A DNA stretch of 53,942 bases from Candidatus Woesearchaeota archaeon (GTDB lineage Archaea; Nanobdellota; Nanobdellia; Woesearchaeales; JAGLGH01), in NCBI GenBank assembly GCA_030670545.1, contig DAOVBM010000005.1:1-53942 (forward strand), written 5' to 3'. Made by a program: the position numbers and the translations under genes. Shown here piece by piece: positions 1 to 8,785 of this stretch; position 1 is the first letter of the stretch, and each line of letters starts with the position of its first letter. Under the pieces are notes generated by a model that was given only the letters and a program-made list of their open reading frames with translations, searched no databases and was not told the DNA's origin.

Positions 1-1
1 C

Positions 2-241
2 CCTAATCTGGTCAATACTTATGGTGAGTGGAGTGAAACAAAACTATCAAAATTTCAAGAATTGGGTTATAAAGTTATTCATTCTTCTTTCCCAAAATTA
101 GTAAATGTTTCTGGAACTTCAATTAGAACAATATTGAAGAAGGAATTAAATGATAATGAGAAAAAAATCGCTTTAATAAAAAATGGTTTAATGCCTCAAT
201 CAGTTGATATAATTCTAGAGATTTATAATAGGAAGTATTAG
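2..241 (+). CDS. Partial (5'-truncated by window edge) nucleotidyltransferase, NMN adenylyltransferase/cytidylyltransferase-like
   Basis: Frame 2 is open from the window edge to TAG at 239-241 and reads ...KLVNVSGTSIRTIL...LMPQSVDII..., containing the SxTxIR motif of HIGH-class nucleotidyltransferases. Not in the supplied ORF track. Confidence 0.55.
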   Translation, partial: PNLVNTYGEWSETKLSKFQELGYKVIHSSFPKLVNVSGTSIRTILKKELNDNEKKIALIKNGLMPQSVDIILEIYNRKY

Positions 242-257
242 AAACATTTATTAAAAA
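241..257 (+). promoter_or_regulatory. Archaeal BRE/TATA promoter for ABCE1
   Basis: GAAACATTTATTAAAAA lies about 25-30 nt upstream of ATG 277, which suggests a leaderless transcript. Confidence 0.55.
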
Positions 258-276
258 ACTCTAATATCCATGAGTT

Positions 277-2034
277 ATGGCAAGAATAGCAGTAGTAGAC
301 AAGCCAAAGTGCAATCATGTCAAGTGCGGTGATTTATGCATCAAGCTCTGCCCTGTTAACAGGACAGGCAAGGACTGCATTGTGCTTGGAGAAGACCAGA
401 AGATCGTGATAGATGAAAAACTCTGCACAGGCTGCGGTATTTGCGTCAATAGATGCCCTTTCGGAGCTATATCAATAATAAACCTTCCAGAAGAGCTGGA
501 GACAAAGCCTATCCACCAGTACGGCAGGAATGGATTCCATCTCTATAATCTTCCTGTACCAAAGTTCGGCAGTGTTGTAGGAATAGTTGGGAGGAACGGA
601 ATAGGGAAATCCACAGCAATAAAAATTCTTGCAGGAATGCTAAAGCCTAATCTTGGAGACTGGGAAAAGAATGAGTCCAGCTGGGATGATTTGATAGCCT
701 ATTTTAAGGGAACAGAAGCTCAGGCTTTTTTTGAAAAAGTAAAAGCAAGGGATATTAGTATATCTTACAAGCCGCAGCAGGTTGACCTTATAGCAAAAAC
801 CCAGAAAGGCACAGTCAGGGAGTTGCTCAGTAAAGTTGATGAGAAAAATGAGCTTGAGAAGATTACAAAAGAGCTTGAGCTTGATAAATTTATGGATACA
901 GAGATAGCAAAAGTATCTGGAGGAGAGTTGCAAAGAGTTGCTATTGCAGCGACTGTGCTTAAGAAAGCAAATGTCTATTTCTTTGACGAGCCTACTTCTT
1001 ACCTGGATATAAAACAAAGGCTGAAAGTGTCGAAATTCATAAGAGGTCTTGCAGATGACAAGACTGCAGTCATGGTAATAGAGCATGACCTGATCATTCT
1101 TGATTATATGGCTGACCTTGTCCATCTCATGTATGGAAAGGAATCATGCTATGGTATTGCCAGCCAGACCAAGAGTACAAGGGCAGGCATAAACATATAT
1201 CTCAGCGGTTATATGAGGGAAGAAAATATAAGGTTCAGGGATCATCCTATCAGGTTTGAGGCAAGAGAGCCATTGAAAAAGATTGAGACAAACCTGATGA
1301 CAAGCTGGAGAGACATAGAAGCAAAACTTGGCAATTTTAAGCTGGAAGCTCCTGAAGGAGATATATACAAGAACCAGGTTATAGGCATACTTGGAGCCAA
1401 TGGAATAGGAAAGACATCATTTGTAAAGATACTTGCTGGAGTAGCTGATTCAGATAAAGGGAAGGTGACTGAGAAAGTCAAGGTCAGTTACAAGCCGCAG
1501 TATATTGACACAAATTCTGAAGAGCTTGTTATGAATGCTATAAAGGACGCAATACAAAAGCATGATGCTGTTATTGTGAAGCCTTTAGGGCTGAAACCTC
1601 TTTTCACTAAAAAAATAAATCAGCTTTCAGGAGGAGAGCTGCAAAGGGTTGCGATAGCTCAATGCCTCTCAAAAGAAGCAGAGCTTTATCTTCTTGACGA
1701 GCCTTCTGCATATCTTGACGTGGAGCAGAGACTCAAGGTATCAAAGGTCATCAGGGATGTCATGGAGCAGAAGCAGGCAAGCGCTCTTGTCGTTGACCAC
1801 GACATTCTTTTTATAGATTACCTGAGCAACAGCCTTATTGTGTTTGACGGCGAGCCTGCTGTTCATGGCACAGCAAAAGGGCCTTTTGACATGGCTGCAG
1901 GAATGAATATGTTCTTAAGTGATATCAATATAACTTTCAGAAGAGACGAAGAGACCAAAAGGCCTCGCACGAATAAGCCTGATTCTGTGATGGACAGGAA
2001 ACAGAAGACTGAAGGAAAGCTGTATTATATTTGA
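277..2034 (+). CDS. rli: Ribosome recycling ATPase ABCE1/RLI
   Basis: N-terminal Fe-S domain (C..C...C...CP; CTGCGICVNRCPF), two ABC domains (GRNGIGKST, GANGIGKTS; SGGELQRVAIA; DEPT/DEPS) and a C-terminal TFRRD...RPRTNK. Confidence 0.98.
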   Translation: MARIAVVDKPKCNHVKCGDLCIKLCPVNRTGKDCIVLGEDQKIVIDEKLCTGCGICVNRCPFGAISIINLPEELETKPIHQYGRNGFHLYNLPVPKFGSVVGIVGRNGIGKSTAIKILAGMLKPNLGDWEKNESSWDDLIAYFKGTEAQAFFEKVKARDISISYKPQQVDLIAKTQKGTVRELLSKVDEKNELEKITKELELDKFMDTEIAKVSGGELQRVAIAATVLKKANVYFFDEPTSYLDIKQRLKVSKFIRGLADDKTAVMVIEHDLIILDYMADLVHLMYGKESCYGIASQTKSTRAGINIYLSGYMREENIRFRDHPIRFEAREPLKKIETNLMTSWRDIEAKLGNFKLEAPEGDIYKNQVIGILGANGIGKTSFVKILAGVADSDKGKVTEKVKVSYKPQYIDTNSEELVMNAIKDAIQKHDAVIVKPLGLKPLFTKKINQLSGGELQRVAIAQCLSKEAELYLLDEPSAYLDVEQRLKVSKVIRDVMEQKQASALVVDHDILFIDYLSNSLIVFDGEPAVHGTAKGPFDMAAGMNMFLSDINITFRRDEETKRPRTNKPDSVMDRKQKTEGKLYYI

Positions 2035-2094
2035 TATTGGCTTGATAAATATATGGATACATATATATCATAAAGCGCGCCAAATTCCAACAAC

Positions 2095-2448
2095 TTAATC
2101 ATATTTGTTCTTTGCTTTAAAATATGATTTAAAGTAATTATACATCAATCTGGAATCGTATTGCAATTTGTCAAAGCAAAAGCCAATTGATGCTCCTCTA
2201 ATCCAGCCCTCAGGGATACTATCTCCAGAAGCATAGCTCATAAGTGCGCCAATAGACCCGCCTACAAGCATACCCCTTCCAGTAGGCTTGACAAAAGCTG
2301 AGAATAAGTATGCCATAGTTTTTACTTCTTGTTTTACTGCTTCAACTGGGTCTGCATCAAGCCTAAAGCGATGCTCATGATTGAAATTGATAGGATCCAT
2401 ATCCTTTAGCGGGTTGAACTCGTTGACAATATTGCTTAAAGATACCAT
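2095..2448 (-). CDS. Hypothetical protein with glycine-zipper-like hydrophobic segment
   Basis: 117-aa ORF with ATG start in an otherwise empty space; GxxxG-rich GRGMLVGGSIGALMS...RGASIG. Confidence 0.6.
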   Translation of the reverse strand: MVSLSNIVNEFNPLKDMDPINFNHEHRFRLDADPVEAVKQEVKTMAYLFSAFVKPTGRGMLVGGSIGALMSYASGDSIPEGWIRGASIGFCFDKLQYDSRLMYNYFKSYFKAKNKYD

Positions 2449-2587
2449 AGTTATTCTGGATTCAATCAGGGATTAATAAGTCTATTGTTTTGTCAATTAA
2501 TAGTTATTACTAAAGGGTGGTCAAAATAGAAACATTTATATACTTCTTAGTATTACCCCTAAATAGTAGTTATATAGTGGTGGTTTA

Positions 2588-3604
2588 ATGAACAATATTA
2601 TCTCAAACATAATATGCAAATCGCGTTCAAAAAAGATTCTTAATAGCCTAAGGTATAAAACAGGGCTATTTGCTGCATCAAGAAAAGATGTAAGCACTGG
2701 CTATAATGTCGCATGGATAAGGGATAATATATACCAGGCAATGGGCCTTGAAACATTTGACAGGAAAAAGGCTATCAAAACATATCACGCTCTTCTTGAC
2801 ATCCTAAAGAAACATGAATACAAAATAGACTGGGCAATCATGGAAAAGCCTGATGCCCGCTATAAGTATATCCATGCCAGATATGACCCTCTCAGCTTTG
2901 ACGAGCTTTTGGAGGAATGGGGAAACAAGCAGAATGACGCTATAGGCGCACTATTGTTCTGTATAGGAACACTTGAAAAAAAACAAATAAAGGTTGTGAG
3001 AGACCTACATGATGTGCGAATATTGCAGAAGCTTGTAAAATACCTCAAAAGCATAGAATACTGGCATGACGAAGACAATGGGATGTGGGAGGAGAATGAA
3101 GAGGTGCATGCATCCAGTGTAGGAGCATGTGTTGCAGGCCTGAAAGCTATCCAGGGGATAGTGAAAGTCGGAGATGATCTTATCGAAAAAGGGAGGGATA
3201 CATTAAACTTCCTTCTTCCAAAGGAATCTCCTACAAAAGAGGTGGATCTTGCACTTCTCTCACTTATATATCCATACAATGTTGTTACAGAAAAGCAAAA
3301 GGATGCTATACTGAAGAATGTAGAAAAGCATCTTGTAAGGCAGAAAGGAGTGATCAGATACAAGAATGACTATTACTATAAAAGAGGAGGAGAAGCTGAA
3401 TGGTGTATGGGATTTTCCTGGCTTGCAAAAATATACAAAGACATGGGAAATAAAAAAGGATACAGGTATTATGTGACAAAGACACTTTCAGTAATGACAG
3501 AAGATGGAGGGATACCAGAGTTGTATTACTCAAATTCCGAGATGTATAATGAAAACACCCCGCTTGGATGGAGCCAGGCAATGTATCTTATTGCAGTAGC
3601 ATGA
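2588..3604 (+). CDS. Glycoside hydrolase family 15 (glucoamylase/phosphorylase-kinase-alpha/beta-like) protein
   Basis: Motifs YNVAWIRDN, QNDAIG, DNGMWEE...HASS and PELY...NTPLGWSQAM; upstream GAAACATTTTATATA promoter near 2530-2544. Confidence 0.88.
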   Translation: MNNIISNIICKSRSKKILNSLRYKTGLFAASRKDVSTGYNVAWIRDNIYQAMGLETFDRKKAIKTYHALLDILKKHEYKIDWAIMEKPDARYKYIHARYDPLSFDELLEEWGNKQNDAIGALLFCIGTLEKKQIKVVRDLHDVRILQKLVKYLKSIEYWHDEDNGMWEENEEVHASSVGACVAGLKAIQGIVKVGDDLIEKGRDTLNFLLPKESPTKEVDLALLSLIYPYNVVTEKQKDAILKNVEKHLVRQKGVIRYKNDYYYKRGGEAEWCMGFSWLAKIYKDMGNKKGYRYYVTKTLSVMTEDGGIPELYYSNSEMYNENTPLGWSQAMYLIAVA

Positions 3605-3632
3605 TAACAAAAATTTGACAATTTATTGATAG

Positions 3633-3762
3633 CAAATCCTATCCCCACCATAAATGGTGGAGTATTACGGATTTGTATTATAGATTCTCAAATTTTTGGA
3701 ATCCAAAATTTCACACTGAAGTGAAGGGTATTAAACCCCAATAAAATTTCGTGCGAAATTTT
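3633..3762. repeat. Cluster of short palindromes resembling IS200/IS605 end or REP-like hairpins
   Basis: CAAATCC..CCACCAT-AA-ATGGTGG..GGATTTG (3633-3675); TTTTGGA-A-TCCAAAA (3694-3708); TTCAC/GTGAA (3710-3725); GGGT-ATTAA-ACCC (3726-3738); AAAATTTCG-TG-CGAAATTTT (3743-3762). Confidence 0.55.
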
Positions 3763-3837
3763 CGATAAAACAGAAGACCAGATTATTTATATTTAAAGAC
3801 TGCTGTGAAAACAGCAAAATATATCTAAACCACCTCT

Positions 3838-3887
3838 GTGTTGGAAGGAAACGGAACCCATAATTTCTTTCCTTCTGACACTTTTTT
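3838..3887 (+). terminator. Stem-loop followed by a U-tract
   Basis: GTGTTGGAAGGAAA (3838-3851) pairs with TTTCCTTCTGACAC (3868-3881) using two G-U pairs on the + strand, followed by TTTTTT. Confidence 0.5.
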
Positions 3888-3897
3888 ATTATGTCAA

Positions 3898-4770
3898 TCA
3901 GAATTGCTTTGTTATTTCAGCATTAATCCTGCCATCCACAAGATCATAAAGTGTAAACCCTGCATTATTAGTAGATATAACAAATTCTCTCATAACCTTG
4001 CTCGCTTCCAGGTCTGGCTCAATTGGAGGGCTTAGATCATTATGTATATGGAACATTGCTACGAATTGCCCAGGCATTACCCCAGGATAGAACATGTTTA
4101 TAACCTGGTCATTGCTCAGTTCATGTATGGAATCAGAATGACTAAGATAATTAGATATAGACAGATTCAGAAAAAAGTCGCTTCTATTTCCTTTTTTGAT
4201 GTTTGCAAGCACTTTTTCGTATAATCCTCCCCCACCATACATCTTCTTAAACACTTCGCTTTTTGATTCAAATATCTGTTCAAGATAATCTTTATTATCA
4301 ATATTATTAATAATATCTTTACATAACTTCATATTTAAACCTTCCATCTCAATAAACCTCAGACTATAACAGTTGTCATTTTCAACAAGTATTGCTAAAC
4401 CACCAATCTCAGAGTAATTTATCCTATTATCCTTCTTGATTAGCCCTTTTATTTACGCTTTTGTAGAAAGATTGTCAAGATAATCACTAAGTTCAGACTT
4501 ATCCAGTTTATATTCCCTGGATTTCAGCACATTAGCATAAGCAAGGGCCCTCATAGGAAAATCTTTTAAAAGTTCTTTTGTCCCAATATTTATTTTATTT
4601 ACTAGAGGGATGATTGATTGTGGGAGGGGTTCTTTCTTAAAAATTGTATAGCCCTCAAAAAAGATAAGGCAAGATAATGAATATACTAAAAGCCTCTTTT
4701 TGAGATTTTTTTTAGTTCTTTCATTCCAATATTTATTATCATATTTCAGGTAATCTATGATTGACTGCAA
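3898..4770 (-). pseudogene. Membrane-anchored JAB/MPN-like metalloprotein gene split by one in-frame TAA (4453-4455)
   Basis: ORFs 4453..4770 and 3898..4347 share a frame and the gap is open: ...STKA*IKGLIKKDNRINYSEIGGLAILVENDNCYSLRFIEMEGL... The EIGG-L motif plus MFHIHNDLSPPIEPDL (HxH...D) match the JAB pattern; an N-terminal hydrophobic helix is present. Confidence 0.7.
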
Positions 4771-4885
4771 TCTCTTACTCCCTTCAGATAATATTTATCC
4801 AAGACAACTTAATTTCTGAAGAATACTACTTCCAAAATAATTAGTGTTTATAAATTTTTCACATAATTCATAATATTTCTTTAGA

Positions 4886-5455
4886 TTATGATTCTCCTTT
4901 GCTCTCTCCCTTTACAATGCCTGCAGAAATCAGATGAGATATCCTCAGAGGTTCAGGTATCTCAGCATTTGTTATTGTTATCCTTAGAATATCCCTGACT
5001 TGATGTAGATTACATCCGGTATATTGTACATAGATATTCCCTATCTTAGTCACTTCGCCTGCTTTTTCTATCAATTTAATTTTGCTTTTCCTTTTAATCT
5101 TTATTAGGATATCCTTTATCTTTGTGAAATCGGGCATCCGCCTTATTATGACTATCACCGGAATTCCAGTCTCTTTGCTCAGCTTATTTATGTCAATGAT
5201 GTTGAAGCCGCCAAATGCTATGCCATCGAGAAGTATTGCTTTGATCTGGGTCCTGAACCTGCTTTTTTTTATGAGAGATAATAGCTTATTTGTTGAGTCA
5301 TTTCCATCTACCTTGACCTTTGCTGACATGATTCCATCAATTGAGTATCCTCCTCTCATAACAGTGCCTGTCACAAGAACCTCCTTGTCCTTAAACTTGT
5401 TAAAAGGAGAATCATCAAATCCGACTATCAGTGAGAATTGCTTTATCTGCTTCAT
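4886..5455 (-). CDS. DUF99 / UPF0215 endonuclease V-like (endonuclease dU) protein
   Basis: IVGFDDSPF, VDGNDST, ILLDGIAFGGFNIIDI and IPEPLRISHLISAG. Confidence 0.92.
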   Translation of the reverse strand: MKQIKQFSLIVGFDDSPFNKFKDKEVLVTGTVMRGGYSIDGIMSAKVKVDGNDSTNKLLSLIKKSRFRTQIKAILLDGIAFGGFNIIDINKLSKETGIPVIVIIRRMPDFTKIKDILIKIKRKSKIKLIEKAGEVTKIGNIYVQYTGCNLHQVRDILRITITNAEIPEPLRISHLISAGIVKGESKGES

Positions 5456-5664
5456 AACTATTATCGCTTGTGTTGGAATATATTAATGTTTCTCTTTGCA
5501 CAAGATTCATTCGAACCTGACATCAATAAGAATTAGGATGCAACTTCCTTCTTTATGCCAACCATATAATCGCATTGGATTTTATGCAGTAGAAGCTGAG
5601 CTTTCTACTGGTCTTTGACCAGTGGTGCAAAAATACTTATATCTTCGATTTTTATTATGCTTTG

Positions 5665-5804
5665 AAGCTTTAAGAAAAAAAGCTAGGAAGCAGACCTAAA
5701 CCAATTATGTACCGTTTGGACACTATTCGTATAGCGTTAACGGTTAAAGCTGACCAAGGCGAACAGGTACGATCTAGCTTCTAGCAATATGTTTCTATTA
5801 GCTT
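5665..5804 (+). ncRNA. Putative structured RNA / 5' leader upstream of tnpA
   Basis: Nested stems: AAGCT/AGCTT and AGAAA/TTTCT; GCTAGGAAGCAGA (5682-5694) with TCTAGCTTCTAGC (5773-5785); GTACCGTTTG (5709-5718) with CGAAC-A-GGTAC (5760-5770); two inner hairpins (5719-5738, 5742-5755). TATA-like AAATACTTATAT at 5631-5642. Confidence 0.5.
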
Positions 5805-5835
5805 TAGCTATAAAAAACTATCGTGAGGTGTTCTT

Positions 5836-6285
5836 ATGAGAAAAACAAATCCAACTAGATACAGTTCTGCCGTCGGAGAGATTTGGGTGATGGCAACATT
5901 CAAGATAAAATATTGTCATAAATTGTTTGATAATCTTGGAATTCGAGAATTGACAGAAGCTTTGTTCAATCAGGCGTTTGATAGGTCTGGCATCATTTGT
6001 AAAAAAATGGCTTTTGATTCTGACCATGTTCATATTATATTGGATATGGGATTGTATAGTAAGATAGAGCTTGCAAAAAAATTGAAAGGGTATGTTGCTA
6101 AAAATATTTTTAAATTCATGCCTTGGCTTAAGAATAACAAATGGGATGGAGGATATTTCTGGAATTCTGGTTTTTGGAACTCTGCATATGACATCCGTAG
6201 CATCAATGATATGGCGTTCTATAGTAGATATTTGGATAAGCAGAAATATGCTGCAAAAGGACAAAAGATGCTAACAGCTTATTGA
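5836..6285 (+). CDS. tnpA: IS200/IS605-family Y1 HUH transposase
   Basis: FKIKY, DHVH (HUH), KKLKG, FW..AY and catalytic-type YLDKQ; GAGGTG Shine-Dalgarno at 5825-5830. Confidence 0.9.
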   Translation: MRKTNPTRYSSAVGEIWVMATFKIKYCHKLFDNLGIRELTEALFNQAFDRSGIICKKMAFDSDHVHIILDMGLYSKIELAKKLKGYVAKNIFKFMPWLKNNKWDGGYFWNSGFWNSAYDIRSINDMAFYSRYLDKQKYAAKGQKMLTAY

Positions 6286-6318
6286 ATCAATTATTGAGTA
6301 CTGTCATGCTATTGGTCT

Positions 6319-7287
6319 TTGACCAATAGTTGTACTCAAGTAAAATTATTTGACAATGAAAAATTAAAATATTCCATAATTGCAGAATCCAATTCAGAAG
6401 TGTATAGATTAGACCCCAAAAACCATCAATTCCTGTCAAACTTCTTTGTTTTTAAGGCAAATAGGGATATCAAAGTGCTTGAGGATGAAGCAACAAAAAC
6501 AAAAGAGCTTGAAGAACTAGTAAAAGGTCATGGAGAATTCGGAACAGCAAAAAGTCTTCATCTTTCTGAGAATATTGACGGAAGATATTTCTATGTCACA
6601 AGATACAGCGATGGAAAGACTCTAAGCGAATCAGATGATATTGAAGATTATAAGAAAGCTGCTAGGTATCTTGGATTAATACATAAGGAAATGAGGAGTA
6701 ATAATGGTCAGATTACTACAAAGAATGATTTTATTAAAAGAATAGAAGAATCTTTTGGTGAATCTGAAAAAGAAAGAATTATTACAAATATCGATGTGGT
6801 CTATGATTCGATAAAGGGAGATTTAGTTTTCAATAGAGATTCTCATCCAGAAAACTGGATTATTAGTGGTGAAAGAAAAGTAATTGCAATAGATATTGAA
6901 GATAAGGGTTATGTGAATCAATTTACAGACTTGGTTAAGATTAGTGAGTATACTAATCTATATGGGGATGATTATGATAAAAGAAAACACATATGGGATT
7001 CGTATTTTGAAGGATACGGAAAAAAGCAATTAAGTCAAAAAGAAATTGAACTATCTTGCTTAAATGCGACAATTCTAAAAGCATTTACATTCTATTCTTA
7101 TGCAAAAAATAAAGGAAGCGAAACACATGAATCATTCAGGGAATCTACACAACAAAATATTATAGACAACGCTATTTCTTCAATACAGAGGATTAAAGAG
7201 AAGTATTCAACAGACTATTCTGAAAGTGATTGGAAAAAATACAGTATACTACACGAAACCTTAGGTTCATTAAAGATTCATACATGA
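6319..7287 (+). CDS. Aminoglycoside-phosphotransferase/choline-kinase-like protein, probably 5'-truncated
   Basis: AARYLGLIH, RDSHPENWI (HxDxxxxN-like) and IAIDIE (DFE-like). The only early start is a TTG inside the IS right-end hairpin. Confidence 0.6.
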   Translation: MTNSCTQVKLFDNEKLKYSIIAESNSEVYRLDPKNHQFLSNFFVFKANRDIKVLEDEATKTKELEELVKGHGEFGTAKSLHLSENIDGRYFYVTRYSDGKTLSESDDIEDYKKAARYLGLIHKEMRSNNGQITTKNDFIKRIEESFGESEKERIITNIDVVYDSIKGDLVFNRDSHPENWIISGERKVIAIDIEDKGYVNQFTDLVKISEYTNLYGDDYDKRKHIWDSYFEGYGKKQLSQKEIELSCLNATILKAFTFYSYAKNKGSETHESFRESTQQNIIDNAISSIQRIKEKYSTDYSESDWKKYSILHETLGSLKIHT

Positions 7288-8175
7288 ATAAGGCCCAGTC
7301 AATTCGTGAGCTTTTTTAAATATATTTATCAAATACATTAAGAGGATATTTTCCTCTCTTGATCCACCCATCATTTCTTCTGCTTTCTTAACAATATCTG
7401 TCTTCTGATCTTCCAAATATGTTGTTTTTTGAGAGTCAAATTTATAAAATAACTCATAATAAATTCGGAGATATTTCGTTGCTTCATTGAATACATCAAA
7501 AACCTCCTTTCTTATTTTGGTTTCTTTTCTTTCAACAAAAATATTGCAAATATCCCTTAAAGTATCCGCTACTTTTTCAAGCTCCCTTATAGTAACATAA
7601 AGAAAATGTGTCTTTTCAGCTTCTGGATAACCCTTCTTATTTAATATCCTGATACAAAAATCCGTAAACTTGTTATTCATTTTTTCCAATTCCTTTATTT
7701 CATTTAGCCTTTCATATTGTTGATTTTTAATAGCATCATAAGCACTATCTGCCATATCTACAAGCATTAGGAATATCTTTCTTAGGATTGTATCAAACTC
7801 TACATCTAACTCGCTTGTTATGCTTTTTATAATACAGTATGACTCACCTTGCTCAATAATTTCAAATCCAAGAAGATTTCCTACCCTCTCTTTTATCTGA
7901 TTAAAGATATCACGATTTTCAAACTTAATCTCGACTTCATCAAACCCTCTCTGATAAAGATGAGAGATGTAATTTTTCCTGAATTTACCTAACTTAGAAA
8001 TATCTAACTCTTTCTTAAGATGTTCAATCCGTAGTTTGGTTGCTATCACTAATTTATCTTTATCCTCCTCAATCTCCAACTCATCTCCCTTGCTAATGCC
8101 ATACATTTTCACCCATTTGCTTGGGAGACTAATCATGAGTGTTGACGAACCTATTTTCGCTACTTTTCGCTTCAT
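7270..8175 (-). CDS. Phosphate uptake regulator PhoU-like with N-terminal AbrB/MazE domain
   Basis: MKRKVAKIGSSTLMISLPSKWVK..GISKGDELEI (AbrB) followed by helical PhoU repeats (LYQRGFDE; RELEKVADTLR). Confidence 0.88.
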   Translation of the reverse strand: MKRKVAKIGSSTLMISLPSKWVKMYGISKGDELEIEEDKDKLVIATKLRIEHLKKELDISKLGKFRKNYISHLYQRGFDEVEIKFENRDIFNQIKERVGNLLGFEIIEQGESYCIIKSITSELDVEFDTILRKIFLMLVDMADSAYDAIKNQQYERLNEIKELEKMNNKFTDFCIRILNKKGYPEAEKTHFLYVTIRELEKVADTLRDICNIFVERKETKIRKEVFDVFNEATKYLRIYYELFYKFDSQKTTYLEDQKTDIVKKAEEMMGGSREENILLMYLINIFKKAHELTGPYSCMNL

Positions 8176-8227
8176 AATAGAGAAGAGGCTGTTAGAATAT
8201 ATAAACTTTGCGAAAAGTTATAACATT

Positions 8228-8239
8228 ATAACTAGTTAT
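8228..8239. promoter_or_regulatory. Palindromic operator candidate in the divergent regulator intergenic region
   Basis: Perfect 12-bp palindrome ATAACTAGTTAT; ATTATAACTA recurs at 8276-8285. The context is AT-rich, so chance occurrence is possible. Confidence 0.3.
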
Positions 8240-8316
8240 TATAGTATTATAAAAAGATATATATATTATGCAACAATTATAACTAATAGTTTCCGAAAAA
8301 ACCGGAAGGTGATAAT

Positions 8317-8775
8317 ATGAACCTGACAAAAAAAGATATGCAGATAATAACTGCATTGAGGAATAATGCCAGAGAATCGCTGACCAAGATATCAAGAAAG
8401 ACAGGAATACCTGTATCAACCATATTCGACAAAATCAAAGACACCCCATTGATAACAAAGAATACCTGCCTACTAGACTTCAGCCAGTTAGGATTCAACA
8501 CCAGAGCAAAGGCTACAATAAAAGTAGAAAGGGAAACAAGAGAAGAATTAAGAAAATACCTCTCCGTGCACTCAAACGTCAATTCACTATACAAAATTAA
8601 CAGCGGCTACGATTTCCTTATTGAACTGGTATTCAGAAACATAAAAGAGATGGAAGATTTCATGGAAAATCTCAGAGATAAGTTCAAGATTATAGACGAT
8701 AAAGTATTTTATATATTAGAAGATATAAAAAGAGAAGAATTCATGAGTAGTGAGAATTTAGGCCAAATAATCTAA
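8317..8775 (+). CDS. Lrp/AsnC family transcriptional regulator
   Basis: KKDMQIITALRNNARESLTKISRKTGIPVSTIFDKI HTH; LDFSQLGF linker; C-terminal RAM-like domain (YKINSGYDFLIE). Confidence 0.92.
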   Translation: MNLTKKDMQIITALRNNARESLTKISRKTGIPVSTIFDKIKDTPLITKNTCLLDFSQLGFNTRAKATIKVERETREELRKYLSVHSNVNSLYKINSGYDFLIELVFRNIKEMEDFMENLRDKFKIIDDKVFYILEDIKREEFMSSENLGQII

Positions 8776-8785
8776 TTTTTTATTA

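Larger units (their letters stand above)
5605..6339 (+). mobile_element. IS200/IS605-family element, tnpA-only (IS200-like); ends approximate
   Basis: Near-identical hairpins flank tnpA: CTACTGGTC-TTT-GACCAGTGG (5605-5625) and CTATTGGTC-TTT-GACCAATAG (6309-6329). The right hairpin is followed by TCAA (6336-6339), the right cleavage tetramer of IS608-type elements. Confidence 0.8.

Noticed and set aside
2037-2083. AT-rich hairpin after ABCE1
   Set aside because: Imperfect and mostly A-T; at most a weak terminator between convergent genes.
5665-5804. Hammerhead ribozyme or tRNA
   Set aside because: No CUGANGA/GAAA core or T-loop consensus is seen on either strand.
6286-7287. TnpB/IscB partner of tnpA
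   Set aside because: The downstream ORF has kinase-like motifs, no RuvC or zinc-finger motifs, and lies essentially outside the right end.
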